Shown here: one piece after another, positions 14,782 to 25,241 of the stretch
Numbering within the stretch: position 1 is the stretch's first letter
Layout of the letters: every line of letters begins with the position of its first letter
NCBI GenBank assembly: GCA_963782055.1
Contig: CAWAIF010000003.1
Location: 5,408,001 to 5,472,000, forward strand
Source: an uncultured delta proteobacterium
GTDB lineage: Bacteria; Myxococcota_A; Polyangia; Polyangiales; Polyangiaceae
Reading direction: 5' to 3'
Length of the DNA stretch: 64,000 bases
Notes under the pieces: model-generated
What the model was told of the DNA's origin: nothing
The model's input: the letters and a program-made list of their open reading frames with translations, nothing else
Database searches by the model: none
Translations under genes and position numbers: made by a program

Positions 14782-16278
14782 ATGACGGAGCCGAAGAAGG
14801 GCCAGATGCTCGGCCGCATTCTCCTGCAGAGGAAGCTCATCTCGCAGGCCGAGCTGGACGACGCGCTCGTCGGCGCCAAGCGCGCGGGCAAGCCGCTCGC
14901 CTCGCAGCTCATCGACGAAGGGAAGCTCAAGGAGGTCGACGCCGTGCGCGCCCTCTCCGAGCAGCACGGCGTGCCGGGCATCGACCTCTCGCAGGTGGCC
15001 ATCCTCCTCGAGCACCTGGTGGTCCCGCGCGAGGTCGCGGAGGTGCACAAGATCCTGCCCGTGCTGGTGAAGGGCGACCGCCTCTTCCTCGCGATGGCCA
15101 ACCCCTCCGACAAGAAGGTCATCGACGAGCTGGAGTTCGTCACCGGCAAGAAGGTCTACGCCTACGTGGCCCTGAACACCGCCATCGCCCGGCGCATCGC
15201 CGGGGCGTACGACGCGCAGAGCCAGGGGGAGACCTATTACCTCGGCGAGAACGTCCCGCGCGAGACGCTCCAGCGGCTCGGCCTCACCAGCGACGCGGGC
15301 GCGACGAACGAGCGCCTCAGCATGCCGCCGGAGCCCCCCGCCCCCGTGGTCGACGAGGACACCCGCCGCTCGGCCGAGGACGTGGAGGTCACCACCGCGG
15401 ACTTCGGGCAGGTCGGCGCCGACCTCTCCGCCGTCGCGCAGCTCCCGCCCGAGCTTCAGGCCCAGCTCTCCGCCGCCCGCGAGAAGGCCACCGGCGCCCA
15501 GGGCAAGCTGGTCCTCGTCGTCGACGACGAGCAGGAGATCCGCCGCCTCCTCGCGCGCCTGCTCACCGAGAAGGGCTACCGCGTCGTCGAGGCCGACCGC
15601 GGCCTGCTCGCCCTGCGGATGGTGAAGGAGCACACCCCCAATCTCATCATCCTGGACGCCATGCTCCCCGAGCTGCACGGCTTCGACATCGCCCGCCGCA
15701 TCAAGGGCAGCGAGAAGTACGGCAACATCCCCATCATCATGATCAGCGCGGTCTACCGCGGCTGGCGCATCGCCGAGGACCTCAAGACCAGCTACGGCAT
15801 CGAGGCCTACCTGGAGAAGCCCTTCCGGCTCGCGGACGTGCTCGCCGCGGTGGCGCGCGCGCTCTCGGAGAGCGAGGAGCGACGCGGCGGCGCCCCGGAG
15901 CCCAACCGCGACGCCATGAGCGCCGCGGCGGAGCGGGCGCTGGCGGCGGGCGTGACGGCCTACAAGGCCGGCGACATCGACGCCGCCCTCGAGCACCTGA
16001 AGCGCGGCGTGACCATCGACCCTCTCGCCTACCGGCTGCGCTTTCACCTCGGGCTGCTCTACGGCAAGAAGGGCATGATGTACGAGGGCATCCAGGAGCT
16101 GGAGAAGGCGGTGGAGCTCAACCCCAAGGCCTTCCCCTCGCTCAAGAACCTGGCCGTCCTCTACGAGAAGGCCGGCTTCCGCCACCGCGCGGTGGAGGTG
16201 TGGGAGCGCTGCGTTTCCTGCGCCCCCGACGACACCACCCGCGAGCAGATCAAGCAGCACCTGATGGGGCTGTTGTAG
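14782..16278 (+). CDS. MshEN/GSPII_N - linker - REC - TPR signalling protein
   Basis: LGRILLQRKLISQAELDDAL...ALSEQHG...LAMANP (MshEN-like); VVDDE, ILDAMLP, EKP receiver; C-terminal TPR-like repeats. Confidence 0.85.
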   Translation: MTEPKKGQMLGRILLQRKLISQAELDDALVGAKRAGKPLASQLIDEGKLKEVDAVRALSEQHGVPGIDLSQVAILLEHLVVPREVAEVHKILPVLVKGDRLFLAMANPSDKKVIDELEFVTGKKVYAYVALNTAIARRIAGAYDAQSQGETYYLGENVPRETLQRLGLTSDAGATNERLSMPPEPPAPVVDEDTRRSAEDVEVTTADFGQVGADLSAVAQLPPELQAQLSAAREKATGAQGKLVLVVDDEQEIRRLLARLLTEKGYRVVEADRGLLALRMVKEHTPNLIILDAMLPELHGFDIARRIKGSEKYGNIPIIMISAVYRGWRIAEDLKTSYGIEAYLEKPFRLADVLAAVARALSESEERRGGAPEPNRDAMSAAAERALAAGVTAYKAGDIDAALEHLKRGVTIDPLAYRLRFHLGLLYGKKGMMYEGIQELEKAVELNPKAFPSLKNLAVLYEKAGFRHRAVEVWERCVSCAPDDTTREQIKQHLMGLL

Positions 16279-16382
16279 GTGCAGAGGGAAAAAGAACCTT
16301 TGGGCTGCCCAAGCCGTCGGATTGTCCGTATGGTTGAAAGCCACGGCCTCGCCAGGGGCTCAGCCGCGCTCAGGACCGCCTC

Positions 16383-17987
16383 GTGAAATTCCTCTGCGAG
16401 CAGTGCAAGGCGAAGTATCAGATCGCCGACGAGAAGGTTGCGGGCAAGACCGTTCGCATGAAGTGCCGCAAGTGCGGCCACATGATCGAGGTCAAGGCCG
16501 AGGTCACCGAGACGAGCGTCAACAGCGCCCTTCCGCGCGGCGAGGACGACGACAAGACGAAGGTCGGCGTCGACGTCGCCTCCCTCCTCGGGACGATGGC
16601 CGCCCCGCGTCCCTCGCCCCCCGGCAAGCCCTCCACCTTGCCGGGCAGGCAGGCGCCGCGCCCGGGAGGCCTCGCCACCAGCCTCGCCGCCGCCAAGCCG
16701 CCGCCCCGCGCCGAGCGCAACGAGAGCGCCCTCGCCGGCGCCTTCCAGCGCAGCGTGCAGCGTCACGAGGAGCTCGCCCCGCTGGAGACGTCCAACGAGT
16801 GGTACGTCGCCATCAACGGCGTGCCCGTCGGGCCTGTCCGCCTGGGCGAGCTCCGGCGCAAGGCGGCCGCCGCCGCCGTGACCGAGGAGTCCCTCGTCTG
16901 GCAAGAGGGCATGGAGGAGTGGCGGCCCCTCAAGACCGTCCCCGATCTGCTCACCCTCGTGCGCGAGGCCGCCGCCTCGGAGCGTCCCTCGCTCGTCACC
17001 TCGCAGCCTCCCGGCGCCTACGGGCCGCGGCCGTCGCAGCCCTCCCGTCCGGCGATGTCCACTCGCCCCGACGCCCTGCGCTCCTCGCCCGCGCCGGCGG
17101 CCGTCGCGGCGGCGCGCAGCAACGTCGTCTCCATCGCCTCCCGCCTCGCCACGGCGGAGAAGCTGGAGCCAGAGCCCGCGCCCTCCATCGCGCCGGACCC
17201 CTTCGCCACCCCGCCGCCGCCGGATGCACCGCCGGCCGCCTCGCCGTTCGCCCCCGCTGCAGCTGCAGCGGGTGTCAGCTCCCCACTCGCCTCCCCGTTC
17301 CCCTCGTCGCCCCCGGTCCTGGAGGCCGCGGCGACGAAGAAGGGCCCGAACTGGATGGCCGTGGCGATGGTGGTGCTCGCCGCCGCCTTCGGCGTCACCG
17401 CGGCCATCGCCATCTTCGTCAAGCCCAGCGCACCGGCGGCGCCCGCGACGGTGGTGGTCACGCAGACCGTCCCCGCCGGCCAGACCGCGCCGCCCACGGC
17501 GACGGAGGCGCCCACCGCCACCGACGACACCGCCACCGCGCCGGAGCCGACGACCACCGGGAAGGTGGCCACCGGCGGCGGGACCCACACCCACACCACC
17601 GGGCCCGCGACGACGGCGAGCAGCAAGGTGGACCCGTCCATCGCCGCGCTGCTGGGCGGCCCCGGCACCGGCCCGTCCGTCGGCCCGTCGCACACCGGAT
17701 CGAGCAACCTCTCCGCCCTCAGCTCGGAGGCCATCTCCAACGTCGTCCGACAGCGCACCCCCGGCGTGAAGCGCACCTGCTGGGAGCGCGGCGGCGGCAC
17801 CGAGTCCAACGTCAACGTCCGCGTTCACCTGGTGATCGCCTCGACCGGCGGCGTCCGCAGCTCCTCGGCCGAGGGCAACGATCCCATCGTCACCCACTGC
17901 ATCGAGAACCAGACGCGCAGCTGGACCTTCCCGCCCTCCAGCGGGACCACCAACGTGGACATCCCCTTCCACTTCCTGCGCCAGTGA
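16383..17987 (+). CDS. Zinc-ribbon + GYF + Pro-rich linker + TM + TonB_C-like protein (GltJ/AgmX-like)
   Basis: CEQC...YQIADEKV.GK...KCRKC; WYVAING..VGP...LVWQEGMEEW; TM WMAVAMVVLAAAFG; C-terminal CWER...HCIE...WTFP. Confidence 0.85.
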   Translation: MKFLCEQCKAKYQIADEKVAGKTVRMKCRKCGHMIEVKAEVTETSVNSALPRGEDDDKTKVGVDVASLLGTMAAPRPSPPGKPSTLPGRQAPRPGGLATSLAAAKPPPRAERNESALAGAFQRSVQRHEELAPLETSNEWYVAINGVPVGPVRLGELRRKAAAAAVTEESLVWQEGMEEWRPLKTVPDLLTLVREAAASERPSLVTSQPPGAYGPRPSQPSRPAMSTRPDALRSSPAPAAVAAARSNVVSIASRLATAEKLEPEPAPSIAPDPFATPPPPDAPPAASPFAPAAAAAGVSSPLASPFPSSPPVLEAAATKKGPNWMAVAMVVLAAAFGVTAAIAIFVKPSAPAAPATVVVTQTVPAGQTAPPTATEAPTATDDTATAPEPTTTGKVATGGGTHTHTTGPATTASSKVDPSIAALLGGPGTGPSVGPSHTGSSNLSALSSEAISNVVRQRTPGVKRTCWERGGGTESNVNVRVHLVIASTGGVRSSSAEGNDPIVTHCIENQTRSWTFPPSSGTTNVDIPFHFLRQ

Positions 17988-18118
17988 ACAGGCGGGCGGC
18001 GATGGCCGTCCCACCCTCGAGCGACCTGTAAGCTCCAGCCACGCTGGGCGTTTTGTCAACGTGCTTCCCAACGGGAGGCATCTCGGTACATTGCTGCCAT
18101 CACCGTCCCGGAGACCCG

Positions 18119-18853
18119 ATGACCATGCGCAAGACTCCGCTCCTCGCCCTCGCCGCCGCCGCCATCGTCCCGGTCTTCGCCTGCGGCGGCGGGGACAAGC
18201 CCGCCGACTCCCCGCAGCCGACCTACAGCGCGAGCGGGGCGTACAACCAGCCTCCCCCCGGCGGCTACCCGCCCGGAACCTACCCCCCGCCGAACAACGG
18301 CTACCCTCCCCAGAACGGCTACCCGCCGGCGGGCGGCACCGCGCCTCCTCAGGGCAGCGCGGCCCCCGCGGCGAGCGGCGGCCTGGCCGGCGTCCCGATC
18401 GATCCCAACCTGCTCCAGCAGATCACCGCGGCCGGCGCCGCGATGATGGGCCAGGGCGGCGTCGCCGTCGGCGACCCGACCGATGTCGGCCTCAAGGCGG
18501 CGGCGACGCGCTTCGCCATCGGCATGCAGCCGGAGGGTCAGGTCTACAAGGACAGCCTCCCCGCCGACGGCCACAAGGGCATCGTCGTCACGCTGCAGGG
18601 CGGCAAGTGCTACACGATCATCGCCTACTCACCCCCCGGCCAGGTCACCAACGTCGATCTCGTCCTGCTGGTGCCGCCCCTGTACACGATGGCCGCCGGC
18701 CAGGACGACACCGCCGACAACACCGCGGTCATCGGCAAGGGCCGCAAGCCGCTCTGTCCCTTCGCGCCCTTCCCCATCCAGTACAAGCTGGACGTCCACG
18801 CGAAGACCGGGCAGGGCGCCATCGCCGTGCAGGTCTACAGCAAGACGAAGTAG
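18119..18853 (+). CDS. Lipoprotein with Pro/Gly/Tyr-rich linker and C-terminal beta-sandwich
   Basis: Lipobox VFAC; GYPP repeats; GKCYTIIA...DLVL...GQDD...C...YKLDV...AVQVY. Confidence 0.75.
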   Translation: MTMRKTPLLALAAAAIVPVFACGGGDKPADSPQPTYSASGAYNQPPPGGYPPGTYPPPNNGYPPQNGYPPAGGTAPPQGSAAPAASGGLAGVPIDPNLLQQITAAGAAMMGQGGVAVGDPTDVGLKAAATRFAIGMQPEGQVYKDSLPADGHKGIVVTLQGGKCYTIIAYSPPGQVTNVDLVLLVPPLYTMAAGQDDTADNTAVIGKGRKPLCPFAPFPIQYKLDVHAKTGQGAIAVQVYSKTK

Positions 18854-18899
18854 CGCCCGCCGCGCAGAACCGCCCCGCGCGTGGGACCGATGGGGCCCC

Positions 18900-19763
18900 A
18901 TGCGCGAGCTCCTCCCTCTCCACCCCGAATTTCCCAGAGAGCTCGGCGAGCTCAAGGGCCGCTACCGTTCCCTGTGGCTGGACGGCCACCTCGACCTCGA
19001 ACGCGAGCGCGTCGGCATCGTCGGCGCGCGCGCGGCCGGCCCGGAGGTGATCGCCTTCGTCGAGGAGATCGCCGAGAAGCTCGCCAGGGCGGGCCGCATC
19101 GTCGTGTCCGGCGGCGCGCTGGGGGTGGACTCCGCCGCCCACCGCGGCGCGATGCGGGCCGGGCCCGGCTCCACCTGGGTCGTCGCGCCCAGCGGCCGCG
19201 AGCACCCCTTCCCGCCCACCAACGCAGACTTCTTCAAGGAGCTCGTCGCCAGCGGCAACACCATCCTCTCGCAGTACCCGCCGGACACGCCCCCGATGCC
19301 GGCGCGCTTTCTGGCGCGCAACCGGGTGCTGGTGACCCTCTGCAAGACCCTCATCGTGGCGCAGGCCGGGCCGCGCTCCGGCGCGCTCAACGCCGCCACC
19401 TGGGCGCGGAGGCTGCAGAAGGACCTCTGGATCGTGCCCGGTCCGCCCTGGCTGGAGGGCTTCGAGGGCTCCTACGCGATGCTCGATCGGGGCCTGGGCA
19501 GGGTCCTGCGGCGCAAGGCCGACCTCTACCGCAGCCTGGGCGTGGCCCATGAGCCCGCCCCCGCCCTGCCCGATGTGGACCTCACCCCGGAGCAGGCAGC
19601 GGTGCTGAAAGCCCTCGATTTCGGCCCCCGCCACCTCGACGAGATCATCGCCTCCACCGGCCTCGGTGCCCCAGCCGTATCGACGGCGCTCTTGACGCTC
19701 GCCTTGGAGAACGTAGTAGTAGAGGACCCTCCGTCGGCCACCTACCGTCGGAGGAGCATCTAA
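18900..19763 (+). CDS. dprA: DNA-processing protein DprA/Smf
   Basis: VGIVGAR, VSGGALGVDSAAHRGA, FLARNR, SGALNAA, C-terminal winged helix; directly upstream of topA. Confidence 0.9.
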   Translation: MRELLPLHPEFPRELGELKGRYRSLWLDGHLDLERERVGIVGARAAGPEVIAFVEEIAEKLARAGRIVVSGGALGVDSAAHRGAMRAGPGSTWVVAPSGREHPFPPTNADFFKELVASGNTILSQYPPDTPPMPARFLARNRVLVTLCKTLIVAQAGPRSGALNAATWARRLQKDLWIVPGPPWLEGFEGSYAMLDRGLGRVLRRKADLYRSLGVAHEPAPALPDVDLTPEQAAVLKALDFGPRHLDEIIASTGLGAPAVSTALLTLALENVVVEDPPSATYRRRSI

Positions 19764-19773
19764 GTACCTGATT
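19761..19773 (-). promoter_or_regulatory. Candidate IHF binding site upstream of topA
   Basis: Reverse strand AATCAGGTACTTA matches WATCARNNNNTTR in an AT-rich patch. Confidence 0.45.
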
Positions 19774-19846
19774 TTACGTACGCTTTGACCTTCGGACACG
19801 TCGTCCGGCCCCTGGCGTGGTGGGGCGCCACTGGAAACCGACGAGA

Positions 19847-22228
19847 ATGGGCAAGACACTCGTAGTCGTGGAATCGCCTGCCAAGGCGAAGACCATCAAG
19901 AAGTACCTCGGCGCGGGGTACGAGGTGATGGCGTCCAAGGGACACATCAAAGATCTGCCCAAGAAGATGGGCGTCGACTTCGAGCACGGATTCCAGGAAA
20001 CGTACGAGATCATTCAAGGAAAAGAGAAGGTCCTGCAGGAGCTGAAGGGCGCCGCCCGCAGCGCCGACGAGGTCCTGCTCGCCACCGACCCCGACCGTGA
20101 GGGGGAGGCCATCGCCTGGCACCTCTCGGAGGAGCTGGGGAAGAAGGCGGCCAAGCGGGTCGAGTTCCACGAGATCACCAAGGCGGGGGTGGAGCGTGGG
20201 GTGGCCCATCCGCGCGCCCTCAACAAGCAGCTCTATGACGCCCAGCGCGCCCGCCGCGTGCTGGACCGCATCGTCGGCTACGACGTCTCCGCGCTGGTGT
20301 GGTCCAAGCTGGCCTTCGGCCTGTCCGCGGGGCGCGTGCAGAGCGTCGCGCTGCGCCTCATCGTCGACCGCGAGCGGGAGATCGAGGCGTTCAAGCCGGA
20401 GGAGTACTGGAACGTCGGCGCCTGGCTGCGCGAGACGGACGGCAAGCACCCCTTCTACGGGCGCCTCTCCCAGCGCGACGGCAAGAAGCTCGAGGTCAAG
20501 GACGGTCAGACGGCCGCGGAGGTGCGCGCCGACCTGGAGGCCGCCACCTTCGTCGTCTCCAAGATCACCAAGACCGAGCGCAAGCGAAAGGCGCTCGCCC
20601 CCTACACGACCAGCAAGCTCCAGCAGGACGCGGTCAACCGCCTGGGCTTCGGCGCCAAGCGCACCATGCAGATCGCGCAGGGCCTCTACGAGGGCGTCGA
20701 CCTCGGCAAGGACGGCGGCCCTGTCGGCCTCATCACGTACATGCGCACCGACTCCACGCGCCTCTCGCCCGACGCGGTCAACGCCGCGCGCGAGTATGTC
20801 GCCAAGAAGTACGGCAAGGAGTACGTCCCCGCGCAGCCGAACGTCTTCAAGTCGAAGAAGGGCGCGCAGGACGCGCACGAGGCCATCCGCCCGACGTCGG
20901 TGGACCTGCCGCCGGAGTCGGTGCGCAAGCACCTCAAGGACGACCAGTTCAAGCTGTACAAGCTCATCTGGGACCGCTTCCTCGCGAGCCAGATGAGCGA
21001 GGCGATCTACGACCAGACCGGCGTGGACATCGAGGCGAAGAACGCAGCGGCCCCCACGCCCCGCGTCTACGCGCTGCGCGCCGGCGGCCGGGTGCTCAAG
21101 TTCCCCGGGTGGCTGGCCGCCTACGGCGCCGCCGAGACGCGGCAGAACTCGATGGCCGGCGAGGAGGCCGACGAGAAGACAGAGGCGCAGGCCCCGGCCG
21201 AGAGCGACGAGGCCACGCTGCCCGAGCTGAAGGAGGGCGAGGCCCTCGCGCTCAGCGCGCCGCCTGGCGTCGTCACCGACCAGAAGTTCACCCAGCCGCC
21301 ACCCCGCTACAACGAGGGCTCGCTGGTGCGGGAGCTGGAGGAGCGCGGCATCGGCAGGCCCAGCACGTACGCCGACATCATCAGCAAGGTGCAGGCGCGC
21401 GACTACGTCGAGAAGATGGACGCCCGCTTCAAGCCGACGACGCTCGGCATGTTCGTGGTGGACGGCCTGGTGCAGAGCAAGCTGGACTTCATCGACCCGG
21501 CGTTCACCTCCCACATGGAAGAGGAGCTGGACGAGGTGGAGGCCGGCAAGGAGGAGCGCACCGTGCTGCTCGGTCGCTTCTACAAGCGCTTCCGCGCGCA
21601 GCTCGACGCCAGCAAGAAGGGCAAGCGCTGGAACCCCGAGCCCGTGCCCACCGGCGAGAAGTGCGACGTCTGCGGCACCGGGGAGATGATGAAGCGCTGG
21701 TCGAAGAACGGCTGGTTCCTCGGCTGCACCAACTACCCCAAGTGCAAGAACACGCGCGACCTCGGCCCGGACGGCACCGGCACCACGCAGGTCATCACCG
21801 ACGTCGTCTGCGACAAGTGCGGCAAGCCTATGTCCATCCGCAGCGGGCGCTACGGCGAATTTCTGTCCTGCACCGGCTACCCCACCTGCAAAAACACCAA
21901 GCCGGTCCCGCTCGGAGTGGCCTGCCCCAAGTGCGGCGGCGACATCATCGAGATCCGGCCGAAGAAGAAGGGCGGTCGCACCTTCTACGGTTGCTCCAAC
22001 TGGAACAACGAGACCATCAAGTGCGACTTCAAGCTCTGGCAGAAGCCCATCAAGGAGGAGTGCCCGGTCTGCGGCGCCAAGTTCCTGGTGCGCGGCGGGA
22101 GCAAGCTGAAGCCGATGGTCATGTGCGCCAACAAGGAGTGCGGCTACAAGCGCTCGGCCGACCAGCCCGCGGAGACGCCCGCCGCCGCGCCGCCGCCCGC
22201 CGACGGCGCCGCCCACCCGACGCCCTGA
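19847..22228 (+). CDS. topA: DNA topoisomerase I with C-terminal C4 zinc ribbons
   Basis: VVESPAKAKTI, ATDPDREGEAI, SAGRVQS, ITYMRTDS, QDAHEAIRPT, GIGRPSTY. Confidence 0.98.
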   Translation: MGKTLVVVESPAKAKTIKKYLGAGYEVMASKGHIKDLPKKMGVDFEHGFQETYEIIQGKEKVLQELKGAARSADEVLLATDPDREGEAIAWHLSEELGKKAAKRVEFHEITKAGVERGVAHPRALNKQLYDAQRARRVLDRIVGYDVSALVWSKLAFGLSAGRVQSVALRLIVDREREIEAFKPEEYWNVGAWLRETDGKHPFYGRLSQRDGKKLEVKDGQTAAEVRADLEAATFVVSKITKTERKRKALAPYTTSKLQQDAVNRLGFGAKRTMQIAQGLYEGVDLGKDGGPVGLITYMRTDSTRLSPDAVNAAREYVAKKYGKEYVPAQPNVFKSKKGAQDAHEAIRPTSVDLPPESVRKHLKDDQFKLYKLIWDRFLASQMSEAIYDQTGVDIEAKNAAAPTPRVYALRAGGRVLKFPGWLAAYGAAETRQNSMAGEEADEKTEAQAPAESDEATLPELKEGEALALSAPPGVVTDQKFTQPPPRYNEGSLVRELEERGIGRPSTYADIISKVQARDYVEKMDARFKPTTLGMFVVDGLVQSKLDFIDPAFTSHMEEELDEVEAGKEERTVLLGRFYKRFRAQLDASKKGKRWNPEPVPTGEKCDVCGTGEMMKRWSKNGWFLGCTNYPKCKNTRDLGPDGTGTTQVITDVVCDKCGKPMSIRSGRYGEFLSCTGYPTCKNTKPVPLGVACPKCGGDIIEIRPKKKGGRTFYGCSNWNNETIKCDFKLWQKPIKEECPVCGAKFLVRGGSKLKPMVMCANKECGYKRSADQPAETPAAAPPPADGAAHPTP

Positions 22229-22270
22229 CCTCACCCCGAGCTCTCCACCGCGTGGAGAGGAGGCGAGGCG
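22229..22270 (+). repeat. REP-like palindromic element, degenerate copy
   Basis: CCTCACCCCGAG-CTCTCCAC-CGC-GTGGAGAG-GAGGCGAGGCG directly after the topA stop. Confidence 0.55.
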
Positions 22271-22271
22271 C

Positions 22272-22928
22272 TCAGCCGACTCTTGCGGCGTAGGCGACGC
22301 CGTCGCCGAGAGGCAGGACGACGGCGCGCAGCGAGGGGTGGCCAACCATCGCCGCGTTGAAGGCGCGGATGGCCTCGGTGCGCTCGCGCTCGGCGTCGGG
22401 GAGCGCGCTCTGCGCGACGAGCCCCTTCCACAGCACGTTGTCGGCGACGATGACGCCGCGCTCGGCGAGCTTGGGGATCAGCTTCTCCAGGTACGCCGGG
22501 TACTCCTCCTTCACGCAGTCGATGTAGGCGAGGTCGATCGGCCGGTCGATCTTCTCCAGCTCGGCGAGGGCAGAGCCCTGGCGGATCTCCACCCTGTCGG
22601 TGAGCCCGGCCTCCTGGACGTACTCCCGCGCGATGCGACAGAGCTCGCTGGAGAGCTCCACGGTGATCACGCGGCAGTACGGCCCGCCGGCGCGCGCCAT
22701 GACGATGGTGCCGTAGCCGATGTTGGTGCCCAGCTCCACGATGCGACGCGCGCCCGTCGCGCGCACCGTGACGGCGAGGAAGGAGGCGACCTCGGGGTCG
22801 CTGATGGGATGCCGCCGCTCGGCGGCGAAGGCCTCCATGCGGGCCAGGAGGCCATCGCGGGGGGGCTCCAGGGCCTCCAGGTAGGCGGCCTGCTCGGGCT
22901 TGAGGATGGCGTCTGCGGCGTCTTTCAA
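22272..22928 (-). CDS. O-methyltransferase (caffeoyl-CoA OMT/Methyltransf_3 family)
   Basis: VELGTNIGYG, DLAYIDCVKEEY, VADNVLWKG, LPLGDG; start uncertain (TTG at 22928 or up to 22985). Confidence 0.88.
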   Translation of the reverse strand: MKDAADAILKPEQAAYLEALEPPRDGLLARMEAFAAERRHPISDPEVASFLAVTVRATGARRIVELGTNIGYGTIVMARAGGPYCRVITVELSSELCRIAREYVQEAGLTDRVEIRQGSALAELEKIDRPIDLAYIDCVKEEYPAYLEKLIPKLAERGVIVADNVLWKGLVAQSALPDAERERTEAIRAFNAAMVGHPSLRAVVLPLGDGVAYAARVG

Positions 22929-23034
22929 GGGGGAACCTCGCTGGTCGGGGGCCTGGTGAGGGTAGCGGGGGAATGGTGTTGGCAAAAGACGTAGTTAAAT
23001 GGTGAACTTAACGTGAGCGTCGGAGTCCCCATAC

Positions 23035-25188
23035 GTGGAATCTTGCAACCTGACGGTCGCCGATCGTGTCGTAGTCCGTGCGGACGTGGGGCCGCTGGAC
23101 GCCGAATACGCCTTGGTCGGCCCACAATGCATCGAGCTTCGCACGACCGCGCCGGGCGCCGTGCGAGAGGCGGGGTACCGCACCACGGTCGCCGAGGCAC
23201 GCGAACGACTTGCGCGCCTGGGCTTCACCCACGAGGCGGCGGAGGCGGCGGCGGCGGCGGTCCGTCCGGCGGCCGCCGCGTACGCCCGCGGTCCGGTGGT
23301 GCGCCGGGCAGCGGCGGAGCTGGGCGCCGCGGAGCTCTTCGACGGCAAGGTGCTGCTCGCCGCGGCGCACACCTACGAGGGCGCGTGGCTGGACCTCGCG
23401 GCGCTCACCTTCGACCTGGGTGATCCCGGCACCGGCGCTGCGCTGCAGGCGTTCCACCTGGCCGCGCTGCTCGGCGAGATGCCCGACGACGCGGAGGTCA
23501 ACCTGGTGACGCTGCCCTTCACGCGGCACCAGAAGGTGGGCGTGCGGACGTTCAAGCGCGTCGCCCTGGGCGATCCCCTGGCGTGGATCGCGGCGCTGCA
23601 GCGCTTCGGCGAGCGGCCGCCCGCCTCGGTGAAGGCCGGCGTGCGCGAGGCCGGGCCGACACGGGTGGAGGTGCTGGACCTCCTGCGGCGGCGGTCGGTC
23701 AGCGCCGGTGACTCCACGCTCGATCGCTTCTCGCGTGTGGAGCGGGCCATGTCGGCGGTCTCCCGGCCGCCGCCGGAGCGCGGGCCACTCTCGGATCCGG
23801 CGGCGTGGTCGGTCGAGGCCCTGCTCGACGCGGGCGACGCGACGGGCGCCCTCGCGCAGCTCTCCGAGATGGAGCGCGAGAGCGGGCCGATCGCGTCGGT
23901 CGTGTACCTGAAGTCGCGCGCCGCGCTGATGCTCAAGAAGGAGGACCCGAAGGTCATCGCCGAGCGCGTCTCCATGCTCGCGGCGAAGGCGTCCTTCCAC
24001 GAGCTGGAGCTGCTCGCGGCCGAGGCGTGGGCCGCGGCGGGCAACATGGGCCGCGCGCTGCCCTACGCGCGGGTGCTGGCGCAGGATCCCCAGGCGCACC
24101 AGGAGCTGCGTGGCCGGGCGCTCGCGGTGGTCGAGGCCGCGCGGCGCGTCTCGGCGCCCCCGACCCCGCGCCCGCCCGCGCCGGAGAACGCCCCACGCCA
24201 GCAGGGGCCGGCGCGCACCGACGTGGGGACGAGCGGCGTGAAGATGCGCGTGCCGGAGACGTCCTCGCACCCGCCGTCCACGCAGCGCAGCGACGCGCCG
24301 CGGTCGCCGCGCGCCGCCGCGGACGATCGCCGCGACACGCCCACGCCGATGCCGATGGTGCTGCAGCCCTCGCGCATGTCGTCCGGGCCCCCCGCCGCGT
24401 CGGGGAGAATCGGCGACGCCTCGTCGGTGGTCCTGGAGGAGCTGGAGGTGGACCTGCCGCCGGCCATCGCCACACCGCGCGTCGCGTCGCGGGCGCCCGC
24501 GCCCTTCTCCAGCCGGCCGACGCCCGCCGAGCGGCCGCGCCCCGGGGCGCTGCCCGCGGAGGCGATCGGGGTCGACCAGCGCAAGGTGCCGACGCTCGCG
24601 CCGCCGCCGTCGCCCAGCCCCCCCACGCCGCCCGACGCGTGGGGGCGCTCGCTCGCCCGCGGCGCGTCGCAGCCCGCGTTCTGCTCGGTGTCGACCAACT
24701 CGACGCCGCCGCGCCTCGCGCTCGGCAAGGTGCAGTACGCCGAGAACCTGGCGGACCCGCCGCCGCCGGCGGTGAGCGACGAGCGCATGCGCGAGGCGTA
24801 CGAGGCCCGCGTGCGCTGCACCGAGCTGTCGCGCGAGCTCGGGCGGCTCTACCGGCTGCAGTGCGGCGTGGAGCTGCGCACCGACGTGGCCAGCATCGAG
24901 GCGATGCAGGCCCAGCTCATCGAGCGCTACCACGCCGGCGGGGTGCGCACCTCCGCCGCGGCCGAAGACGTGCGCCGCCACGGCGCCTTCCTCAGCGAGA
25001 TCCTCGCGCGGACCTTGCGCGCCACCTGGACCGACGTGCGCCCGAGCGAGCTCGGCCACTGGGCGATGTTCGTGCCACCCGACACGCGCGTCTGGCCCTT
25101 CGCACGGGTGCTCCGGCTGATTACGATGGGGTTCAAGGAGCGCGATCTGGTCAGCTACTACCTGGAGCTGCACGCACGTTCGTACTGA
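23035..25188 (+). CDS. Hypothetical multidomain protein (N-domain, TPR-like helices, Pro-rich linker, DUF3806-like C-domain)
   Basis: Long ORF; C-terminal HGAFLSEILARTLRATW...WAMFV...VWPFARVLRLI pattern. Confidence 0.65.
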   Translation: MESCNLTVADRVVVRADVGPLDAEYALVGPQCIELRTTAPGAVREAGYRTTVAEARERLARLGFTHEAAEAAAAAVRPAAAAYARGPVVRRAAAELGAAELFDGKVLLAAAHTYEGAWLDLAALTFDLGDPGTGAALQAFHLAALLGEMPDDAEVNLVTLPFTRHQKVGVRTFKRVALGDPLAWIAALQRFGERPPASVKAGVREAGPTRVEVLDLLRRRSVSAGDSTLDRFSRVERAMSAVSRPPPERGPLSDPAAWSVEALLDAGDATGALAQLSEMERESGPIASVVYLKSRAALMLKKEDPKVIAERVSMLAAKASFHELELLAAEAWAAAGNMGRALPYARVLAQDPQAHQELRGRALAVVEAARRVSAPPTPRPPAPENAPRQQGPARTDVGTSGVKMRVPETSSHPPSTQRSDAPRSPRAAADDRRDTPTPMPMVLQPSRMSSGPPAASGRIGDASSVVLEELEVDLPPAIATPRVASRAPAPFSSRPTPAERPRPGALPAEAIGVDQRKVPTLAPPPSPSPPTPPDAWGRSLARGASQPAFCSVSTNSTPPRLALGKVQYAENLADPPPPAVSDERMREAYEARVRCTELSRELGRLYRLQCGVELRTDVASIEAMQAQLIERYHAGGVRTSAAAEDVRRHGAFLSEILARTLRATWTDVRPSELGHWAMFVPPDTRVWPFARVLRLITMGFKERDLVSYYLELHARSY

Positions 25189-25241
25189 GCTCCGGCCCGA
25201 AGGCCCGGCCGACAGCCCGAAGGGCGCGTAGACTGACTGCC

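Noticed and set aside
22973..23000. Possible dif site (ends GTAGTTAAAT)
   Set aside because: The XerC arm and spacer do not fit the 11-6-11 consensus; more likely promoter sequence.
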